Program-made: the position numbers and the translations under genes
Origin: an uncultured virus (IMG/VR IMGVR_UViG_3300028283_000001)
Taxonomy: Duplodnaviria; Heunggongvirae; Uroviricota; Caudoviricetes
Virus record (IMG/VR): IMGVR_UViG_3300028283_000001
Strand: one strand, 5' to 3'
Length of the DNA: 20,000 nt
In this document: positions 1 through 6,126 of the stretch, in pieces
How positions within the stretch are numbered: position 1 is the first letter of the stretch
Layout: each line of letters starts with the position of its first letter
The notes under the pieces: generated by a model
What the model saw: only the letters and a program-made list of their open reading frames with translations
Databases searched by the model: none
What the model was told of the DNA's origin: nothing

Positions 1-1
1 T

Positions 2-85
2 AAGGAATTAGAGGAAAAGGAAAGACAATTGAAGGCGAACGTTGCGTTATTGGAATGTGAATTTCAAAAATTGGAGGTGGGCTAA
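2..85 (+). CDS. 3' end of a coiled-coil protein (partial)
   Basis: Open frame KELEEKERQLKANVALLECEFQKLEVG*. Its TAA overlaps the next ATG (TAATG). Confidence 0.55.
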   Translation, partial: KELEEKERQLKANVALLECEFQKLEVG

Positions 86-243
86 TGGATAAGAAAGAAG
101 CGGTTCAATTGATTTCTCAGATGGTAGTTTCTGCGGCTGATTATTATGTTAATGAAAAGACTTTTTGTAGAAAGGTGTGGAAAGTGTTGATGGATGTTTA
201 TCGTTTGGCAAAGGGGGAGGAAATTTATGAAAACGAAAATTAA
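85..243 (+). CDS. Hypothetical protein (52 aa, MDKKEAVQLISQ...)
   Basis: Hand-translated. GGAGGT RBS upstream and translational coupling to the previous stop. Confidence 0.6.
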   Translation: MDKKEAVQLISQMVVSAADYYVNEKTFCRKVWKVLMDVYRLAKGEEIYENEN

Positions 244-496
244 AGAAATCACTGTTGAATATTTTTATACCAAACAACCGGCAGCGTATGAATCGGAAAG
301 GGTTACTGTTGGATTTACTATGGATGTTGACGTTGATAGCCCTGATGTGGAATCTACTATGGACGCAGCCGTTGACCATTGTATGTCTGTAGTGCATCGG
401 CGGTTGGGCTTGGTTAAAAAAGAAAAGGAATGCCTTGCCTTTGAGGGAGGCTCCGTTAATCAGCTTTCTCGTAGGAGAAAATATGAAGGTGCTTGA
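227..496 (+). CDS. Hypothetical phage protein
   Basis: Start moved to ATG 227, which follows a GGGGAGG RBS. Confidence 0.65.
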   Translation: MKTKIKEITVEYFYTKQPAAYESERVTVGFTMDVDVDSPDVESTMDAAVDHCMSVVHRRLGLVKKEKECLAFEGGSVNQLSRRRKYEGA

Positions 497-1103
497 ACTG
501 AGAGCAAAGATTGAGCAACTGAAGGGCGAGCAACAAGTTTTACAGCGGCAACGGGATTCTGCAATTAAATCTGTTGCTATTATAAAAGTGGAAATAAAAG
601 CCACTGAAGAAGCCAAAATGATAATGCAAGCGGTTGCAAAGAAGACTCAAGATAAATTGAGGGCTTACATTGAGGAACCAGTTTCATTGGCAATGGCGGC
701 GGTGTTTAATGATCCTTATCAATTGCGGTTGGACATGGTAGAACGGCGGGGCCGAACGGAATGTGATTTTAAATGGGTTAGACGGGATCAGGAGTATGAC
801 GATCTTATGTTTAGTGATGGAGGAGGGTTGGTGGACGTGGCCGCATTTGGGTTGCAGATTGCGGTTCTTTCTTTTATGCGTTATCATGCGCGTCCTTTAC
901 TTATTCTTGATGAACCGCTTAAATGGTTAAAAGGAGGCGAGTTGCCTGAGCGGGGGGCGCTTATGATTTCTGCGGTTGCAAAGGAATTAGGTATTACCGT
1001 TCTTATGGTTAGCCATATTCCAGAACAAAAGGCTGGGGCCGATAAGCTGTTTAATTTTACGTTGAGGGCTGATAGATCAACCAAAACACAGGAGGGGGCC
1101 TAA
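483..1103 (+). CDS. Rad50/SbcC (T4 gp46-like) ABC-ATPase, C-terminal half
   Basis: N-terminal coiled coil, signature-like FSDGGG, Walker B LLILDEP, H-loop MVSH, no Walker A. AGGAGA RBS before ATG 483. Confidence 0.85.
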   Translation: MKVLELRAKIEQLKGEQQVLQRQRDSAIKSVAIIKVEIKATEEAKMIMQAVAKKTQDKLRAYIEEPVSLAMAAVFNDPYQLRLDMVERRGRTECDFKWVRRDQEYDDLMFSDGGGLVDVAAFGLQIAVLSFMRYHARPLLILDEPLKWLKGGELPERGALMISAVAKELGITVLMVSHIPEQKAGADKLFNFTLRADRSTKTQEGA

Positions 1104-1525
1104 TGTCTTTACGCAAGGATTTGATTAAAATATCGGAAAAGGAAGGGTTTGATTGTGTTGAAGATTTTGTTCGTTTTTTTATTGTTGATGGGAATCGAAC
1201 CTTTATGGAATTGAAATTGTGGTTAGAGCAAAAGTATCGACGGTATTATAGTTGGGTTTGGGTGTATACGTGGTGTTCCCCCATGGTGCCTCAATACAGA
1301 GTAAGTAAAAGAGAACGATTGATAAATGTTTCGGGGTTGTGTAACAGTTTGGTAGAAAAACAGTGGGATGAAAAGGCTCAGGCTATAGGCCGGTTATCTA
1401 TTGATATGGTGTTTCGGGAATGGGTGGGGCCGTTGCCTGCTTTGGCCCAACGGTTGGGCGTTAAATATATGACTCTTTATTCTCGTTATCGTAAATGGGA
1501 GAAGATAAATAATGGCAAGCCATGA
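1103..1525 (+). CDS. Hypothetical protein, possible C-terminal HTH DNA-binding domain
   Basis: LPALAQRLGVKYMTLYSRYRKW resembles a helix-turn-helix. Coupled start (TAATG). Confidence 0.6.
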   Translation: MSLRKDLIKISEKEGFDCVEDFVRFFIVDGNRTFMELKLWLEQKYRRYYSWVWVYTWCSPMVPQYRVSKRERLINVSGLCNSLVEKQWDEKAQAIGRLSIDMVFREWVGPLPALAQRLGVKYMTLYSRYRKWEKINNGKP

Positions 1526-1700
1526 TTGGGTTGAATTAGAAGGGGTGGTTAATGCAGAAACGGCGGATGCTATTTTAGTTGATTTTGGCGGGCAAGAGGA
1601 ATGGGTTCCTAAATCACAATGTATAGATTTTCCTGATGTTGGCGATTTTGGAACATTGTTTGTTCGTGAATGGCTTGCATATAATCGGGGGCTAATATGA
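1512..1700 (+). CDS. Small phage beta-barrel (SH3-like) protein
   Basis: ETADAILVDFGGQEEWVPKSQC matches the common phage ETxKAxL...W(I/V)PKS pattern. Confidence 0.7.
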   Translation: MASHDWVELEGVVNAETADAILVDFGGQEEWVPKSQCIDFPDVGDFGTLFVREWLAYNRGLI

Positions 1701-1912
1701 GCGGTTCGATGGAAACGCAACTTATTTTTGAGAATCAGAAAAAGGAGGATTCTACATGGAGAGAAGCCCTTTATACCAAATTTTTACTGATGGCGAAAGG
1801 GTGTCCGTGCAGATCAAAAAGTGCCTGGACACAAGGTCAGTGTGTAATATTCAACGACGCTTGCGGCGATATGGAGCGTTGTCCCTTTGTTTACTGGGGT
1901 GGCTTGCGTTGA
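1697..1912 (+). CDS. Small Cys-rich hypothetical protein
   Basis: ATGA overlap with upstream gene. CPC...C...C...CPF cysteine pattern. Confidence 0.6.
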   Translation: MSGSMETQLIFENQKKEDSTWREALYTKFLLMAKGCPCRSKSAWTQGQCVIFNDACGDMERCPFVYWGGLR

Positions 1913-2023
1913 TGCCAGCTCAACAAACAGGAGATTCAGTAATTTCAAATCCTGATAAGTCATTGATCCTTGTAGAAGGGGGGATGCTTTGGATCCCTAT
2001 AACAGAAATGGAGGAAATATTTA

Positions 2024-2347
2024 ATGCCACTTCAAACATATCGGATAATCGACCAAAACGGCAAGTGTCTCGGAACGGCACACCTACAAAAAGATTGCGA
2101 CGTATTGCTGCGGCCCGGTGACTGTTCTTCATATCGGGATAGCGTACAGGCAGTTGTAGCAGAAAAGACTGCGATGGAGCAACGGGTTTCCGCTATAATT
2201 GAAGCGGAGATTAAAGCATTCGAGCAATCGGTGCGGATTCCAATCAAGACCATTTCTGTCCAGATGATTGTAGTGGAGGGGACATCTTTTACCGTGGAGA
2301 ACAAAGTCATCCAGGTAAAGGTGGGATTAGACCTCGACGCGCTTTGA
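2024..2347 (+). CDS. Hypothetical protein
   Basis: GGAGG RBS upstream, 107-aa ORF. Confidence 0.6.
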   Translation: MPLQTYRIIDQNGKCLGTAHLQKDCDVLLRPGDCSSYRDSVQAVVAEKTAMEQRVSAIIEAEIKAFEQSVRIPIKTISVQMIVVEGTSFTVENKVIQVKVGLDLDAL

Positions 2348-2370
2348 CGGTTTGTTGATGGAGGGTGAAA

Positions 2371-2571
2371 ATGGAAGAAGACCAACTGGCTAAATACTCA
2401 CCGTTTTGCTCATTTTGTGGCGGGAGGCAGAATGAAGTGGAGATGCTGATTGTAGGTGGGGCTGGTACAATCTGTTCTGGATGTGTGGAGATATGCTCTG
2501 AACTTATAAAAGAGAAAAGGAGGCTTAAAATTGAAGCTAAAAGAAATGAACAGGCTGAACAAACGGATTGA
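2371..2571 (+). CDS. Stand-alone ClpX C4-type zinc-finger protein
   Basis: CSFCGGRQNEVEMLIVGGAGTICSGCVEIC matches the ClpX N-terminal zinc-binding domain (CSFCGK..EV.KLIAG....IC.ECV..C). GGAGGG RBS; GTG 2365 is an alternative start. Confidence 0.85.
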   Translation: MEEDQLAKYSPFCSFCGGRQNEVEMLIVGGAGTICSGCVEICSELIKEKRRLKIEAKRNEQAEQTD

Positions 2572-2677
2572 GGCTAACGCTTTTATAACTCCGGTGTTGA
2601 ATGTTACGCCAGCCGGGCGCACCAGCACGGAGCGAAACCGGGTAAAGCGGGTAGCACGGAGATTGAGAGGAAAATAA
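2546..2677 (+). CDS. Small basic hypothetical peptide (43 aa, MNRLNKRIEAN...RVARRLRGK)
   Basis: Hand-translated ORF filling the gap before the first tRNA-like element. Weak RBS. Confidence 0.35.
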   Translation: MNRLNKRIEANAFITPVLNVTPAGRTSTERNRVKRVARRLRGK

Positions 2678-2680
2678 CAG

Positions 2681-2747
2681 TTTGCGCTTGCGGCGTGGTG
2701 GAACTGCCTGGAATCATGATCCAGTTCGAATCTGGGGCAAGCGCAAA
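2681..2747 (+). ncRNA. Truncated tRNA-like element (CAT loop; tRNA-Met-like pseudogene or mimic)
   Basis: 11-bp terminal stem TTTGCGCTTGC/GCAAGCGCAAA, hairpin CTGGA-ATCATGA-TCCAG, and T-loop TTCGAAT. Too short for a canonical tRNA and no CCA. Confidence 0.6.
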
Positions 2748-2749
2748 AC

Positions 2750-2818
2750 AAACAGGTCGTAGCATACGGTAATGCCGGAGAGTTGAAATGTATGCAGATC
2801 ACAGGCCGGAACCTGTTT
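2750..2818 (+). ncRNA. Putative structured RNA, possibly a degenerate tRNA-like element
   Basis: 8-bp closing stem AAACAGGT/ACCTGTTT, D-arm-like TA-GCA-TACGGTAA-TGC, and an alternative GCATAC/GTATGC pairing. Confidence 0.35.
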
Positions 2819-3151
2819 TATTGGCAAAGGAGAACTACAATGCAAACCCGACAATTCCACCAATGGCCCCGTAAGGCAGAGGCCCTTACACCGGGGAAAA
2901 TAAAACGATCCAGCCCTTACAACTAAATGGATCACTTCAGCCATAGAGAATTCCAAAGTTCCGGATATCGCTCAATCAGGAGCAGGCAAAGGGAGGATAA
3001 ATGAACGGGAAAGGCGATGGCAAAGAACGATTTAAACTATCTTCTATATATTTAAAATAACCTTTATTTTGTTTTACTCGGCTTCGGCTGAAAACTGTAA
3101 TATTTCTTGTGCGAAAGCCAGCACCGTGGAATTCCAGAAACAGGCTTGACG

Positions 3152-3167
3152 GCCCGGAGAGACGGGC
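3152..3167 (+). promoter_or_regulatory. boxB-like GC hairpin with purine-rich loop
   Basis: GCCCG-GAGAGA-CGGGC immediately before the RBS of ORF 3184. Confidence 0.4.
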
Positions 3168-3183
3168 AAAGGAGAACTGAGAA

Positions 3184-3375
3184 ATGGGTCAAGAAATTAC
3201 AAATAAGATAAATCCTGAAATTGGGAAAATGAATTGGAAGGCATGCGAATACTGCAAAAACCAGGCCGGCCCAAAAGGTTGCAACTCATTTGCTTGCTTC
3301 GAGGATTTAATTGAATACGAAGAAAAAAATGGAATTATTATTTGTTCTTATTTTGTAGAAAAGGAATTGGCATAA
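3184..3375 (+). CDS. Small Cys-rich hypothetical protein
   Basis: AGGAGA RBS. CEYC...C...C...C pattern. Confidence 0.65.
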   Translation: MGQEITNKINPEIGKMNWKACEYCKNQAGPKGCNSFACFEDLIEYEEKNGIIICSYFVEKELA

Positions 3376-3378
3376 CTT

Positions 3379-3596
3379 ATAGCGGGTGGCGGAATTAGAC
3401 GCGACCGTCAATTAAGTAGATGGAGAATGATGCTCCGACACGTTGGAATAATCGACCAGTAGGGAATTGATGATAATGGCTTAGGCTAAGAGTAAACTCA
3501 CGATGGGTAAAGCCAAGTAGACCGAAATGAGACGCCTTGTAAGGGAGATTTTAAACTCTGGGAATCCATTCCAGGTATTGAATCCTGGCTCGCTAT
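3379..3596 (+). ncRNA. tRNA-like RNA with a ~167-nt structured insert replacing the anticodon/variable arms
   Basis: Acceptor-like stem ATAGCGGG/CTCGCTAT, Leu-like D arm TG-GCG-GAATTAGA-CGC, T-like arm CCAGG-TATTGAAT-CCTGG. Fills an intergenic gap. Confidence 0.7.
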
Positions 3597-3625
3597 TTTA
3601 AGTTGATGAATCACAAGGAGGTATA

Positions 3626-3805
3626 ATGTCAAAAGGACTTGAGTTAAAATATTTTGTGCTGAAACCGAATGGAGACAATGCCTATGCCGAAGCAAGCAGG
3701 GCAGCATTAAAGAAGTATGCAATTAAAATCAGACCCACAAACGTGGACTTGGCCAATGATATTGAATCCTGGCTATCCGCCCTAAAAGGAAAGGAAATCC
3801 AATGA
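3626..3805 (+). CDS. Small phage protein (59 aa, MSKGLELKYFVLKPNGDNAYAEASRAALKKYA...)
   Basis: Hand-translated and absent from the ORF track. AAGGAGGT RBS and ATGA overlap with the next gene. Confidence 0.8.
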   Translation: MSKGLELKYFVLKPNGDNAYAEASRAALKKYAIKIRPTNVDLANDIESWLSALKGKEIQ

Positions 3806-4083
3806 AAAGTATAGTTAAAATAAAGGCGTTAGCAGAAGAAATTATTCGATGTAATGAGCAACTTGATAGGTTTGTAATATTTGATTATCCTGCATCTGAT
3901 GAAACTACAAGTTCTGGAGGAGAGCCTTCTCCAATTAATATTGTGCTTGAAGGCCCATGCGCTCATATAAAGATACATGGTTTATCCAGAATCGAACTTG
4001 ACTGTATGAGATCTACACTTAATTCAATTCTTCAAGAACGTAAAAGAGTTGCAACGGAAGAACTTAACAAACAATTTTCTTAG
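3802..4083 (+). CDS. Hypothetical protein
   Basis: AAGGA RBS, coupled start. Confidence 0.65.
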   Translation: MKSIVKIKALAEEIIRCNEQLDRFVIFDYPASDETTSSGGEPSPINIVLEGPCAHIKIHGLSRIELDCMRSTLNSILQERKRVATEELNKQFS

Positions 4084-4106
4084 GTTTGGCATCAAAAGGA
4101 AATCCA

Positions 4107-4370
4107 ATGACCGATGACACAACAGTAAAAACAGATAGAGATATTGCAATCGAAGTGAACAAAAGGCTGGATGCGCTTGAAAAAGAAGTTGAGCGGCTGA
4201 AAAGAAAATTTACGGATCTGAAAGATATTCACTATTCAATTCAAGCGTCAATTTGGATTGTTGGGGCATTATTATTTAGAAGTATCAATCATGATTCTCC
4301 TATATGTTGGTTATTGGCAGGCATTGGAGTGGTTTGGTTTATTTTATCCCTGTTAGAAAAAGAAAGGTAA
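4107..4370 (+). CDS. Coiled-coil protein with two C-terminal transmembrane segments
   Basis: Start moved to ATG 4107 after AAGGA. Hydrophobic segments SIWIVGALLF and ICWLLAGIGVVWFILSLL. Confidence 0.65.
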   Translation: MTDDTTVKTDRDIAIEVNKRLDALEKEVERLKRKFTDLKDIHYSIQASIWIVGALLFRSINHDSPICWLLAGIGVVWFILSLLEKER

Positions 4371-4375
4371 ATCAA

Positions 4376-4612
4376 ATGAAACTTTGTATATTTAATGAAC
4401 CAGAAAAAACAGAACCTGTAGTATTTGTAAAACTTGAGAGTTATTTAGATGACGTACATTTGGTAGTATGTGATGCATCTGGTGTTACTGTAATAGGCAG
4501 TAATATTCTAAGGATTTCCAGCAACGGAACATTAATACGATTTATAGACATTGATAAAGAACTTGGTTTTCAACTCGATGAAGAGGGCAGAATTAAATTA
4601 GCGGGAGAATAA
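4376..4612 (+). CDS. Hypothetical protein
   Basis: Start moved to ATG 4376 after AAAGGT. Confidence 0.7.
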   Translation: MKLCIFNEPEKTEPVVFVKLESYLDDVHLVVCDASGVTVIGSNILRISSNGTLIRFIDIDKELGFQLDEEGRIKLAGE

Positions 4613-4651
4613 AAATGTGCTGTTGTGGCCCATAAAGAAAGGGAAATTAAA

Positions 4652-4810
4652 ATGGATGTTCTCAGTGAATACGCAATAATAGTTTATGTAGCAACGGTAT
4701 TCATAGGACTCATTGGAGTTATTCTGATGTTCAAAATTATGTCAATCAAAAGCGATATTGAATTTCTTGAGTATTTGATAAAAGAGATTAGGCGCTGTGT
4801 CAACAGATAG
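4652..4810 (+). CDS. Small single-TM membrane protein
   Basis: AIIVYVATVFIGLIGVILMF hydrophobic stretch. AAGGGA RBS before ATG 4652. Confidence 0.55.
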   Translation: MDVLSEYAIIVYVATVFIGLIGVILMFKIMSIKSDIEFLEYLIKEIRRCVNR

Positions 4811-4971
4811 TGAAATATACGAAGCAGCAATACCCGATTGTTGCCAATTTCAGACCTACCGGGAACATCACGACTGGCTCATGCTTTGTTGGGGGCTTTT
4901 AAGCGCAATAAATGAACAAGAACCAATGGATTGTGGAATGTGCGAGTTTGCAACAAGAAAGGAGAAATAAT

Positions 4972-5316
4972 ATGGAACCAGCCCCGAAAGAAAAAGAGGG
5001 AAAGGACCGATGGCATATCTTCCCATTTAGGGAATGCCGCGAAGTGCTGAAGGCGTTTGAGTTTGGGGTGCAGAAGTATGGGAAGCCCTTCACTTATCGC
5101 CAGGGCGATGGACTGCCTCAGGAGGATATGTTTGATGCAACTATGCGGCATTTGGAACAGATCCAGGCGGGGGAGCACTCTGCGGCGGATTCCAATTGCC
5201 TTCATTGGGCCCATATTGCGGCTGATGCATTGATGGCTATCACAAGAGAATTGAAAGAACGGGAGGCGGAAAGAAATGCAATGAGTGCAGCTTCTTTAGA
5301 AATAGATAGAAAATAA
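4972..5316 (+). CDS. dATP/dGTP diphosphohydrolase-like (DUF5664) domain protein
   Basis: K..GK.RW..FP...EV..FG..KYG...Y..G...A..RH.....GE....S...H.AH pattern. AGGAGA RBS before ATG 4972. Confidence 0.85.
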   Translation: MEPAPKEKEGKDRWHIFPFRECREVLKAFEFGVQKYGKPFTYRQGDGLPQEDMFDATMRHLEQIQAGEHSAADSNCLHWAHIAADALMAITRELKEREAERNAMSAASLEIDRK

Positions 5317-5367
5317 CATTTAATTTTATCCTACCTTATAGATTGTTCCCTCAGTATTAAAAAATCC

Positions 5368-5417
5368 TTTACTTCCTCTAAAAAGATAGATTATAGTTGA
5401 TCTACGATCAACTATAA
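5368..5417 (+). promoter_or_regulatory. Candidate promoter for the packaging operon with an overlapping 12-bp perfect inverted repeat
   Basis: TTTACT-18 nt-TATAGT. Inverted repeat TTATAGTTGATC-tac-GATCAACTATAA at 5391-5417. Confidence 0.5.
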
Positions 5418-5439
5418 CATCACAAAAAAAGAAATCATT

Positions 5440-6126
5440 ATGTTTAGTGCTGAAGAAATTCCTCGGATTCGAAGGCGTTCATTGCCGATGTTGCCACCCT
5501 CCGTTCTTCAACGGCAAAGGGGGGAAAGGATTTGCCCAGCGCGCAATCAGAACGGTCAGCTTACATTAAAGGAAGCGTTGTTTGTTAGGGCCATCTGCTG
5601 TTGCCCCGAAGATCCCACGTTTGATAACATGTGTGCCGCCATGCGCAAGGCTGGTTATAATGGTAAGCACGTGGGGGTGGCTGCGTATGAGTTGATGAAG
5701 AAACCAAAGATCGCCAATGCAATAGAAAAATATCGTCAAAATATTATGCAAGAATTTGATATCACACCAAAAAAAGTATTGCAAGAAATAGCGGCTACCG
5801 CATTTAGCGATTTCGGTGATTTTTATAATAATGACGGTACCCTAAAGAACTTAAAGCGACTCTCAAAGGCTGCTAGAGTCGCTTTGCATGGGGTTGATAT
5901 TCAGTATGGATTGAATTCTGATGGAATTCCAGCAGTAACACAAAAGATTAAGTTGCATGATAAGTTAAAAGGGTTAGAATTATTGGGTAAATATCATAAG
6001 CTGTTTACTGATAACGTGAATATCACTAATTTGGATTCTGACATCACGCAGGATGAACGGGCGGCGCAAACAAGGAGCCGATTATTGGCTGAGCTTTCAA
6101 ACGATAAGGATGATGGAGGCGAATGA
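5440..6126 (+). CDS. terS: Terminase small subunit
   Basis: LT.KE..FV...AA.RKAGY...AYELMKKPKI, V..E...AF.D and KIKLHDKLKGLELLGKY..LF motifs. Directly upstream of TerL. Confidence 0.92.
   Translation: MFSAEEIPRIRRRSLPMLPPSVLQRQRGERICPARNQNGQLTLKEALFVRAICCCPEDPTFDNMCAAMRKAGYNGKHVGVAAYELMKKPKIANAIEKYRQNIMQEFDITPKKVLQEIAATAFSDFGDFYNNDGTLKNLKRLSKAARVALHGVDIQYGLNSDGIPAVTQKIKLHDKLKGLELLGKYHKLFTDNVNITNLDSDITQDERAAQTRSRLLAELSNDKDDGGE

Noticed and set aside
1912..2121. Possible 69-aa gene MPAQQTGD... coupled to the upstream stop
   Set aside because: Overlaps ORF 2024, which has a strong RBS, by ~98 nt, and has no motif. Cannot be supported, though not excluded.
2684..2745. Functional canonical tRNA-Met
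   Set aside because: About 62 nt, no variable loop, the anticodon and T stems cannot form together, and no CCA.
3404..3570. Group I intron in a tRNA-Leu, or tmRNA
   Set aside because: No recognisable P/Q/R/S core and no anticodon stem halves flanking the insert. It lacks tmRNA GGGG.../...CCA ends and an evident tag ORF. Kept only as an unexplained ncRNA.
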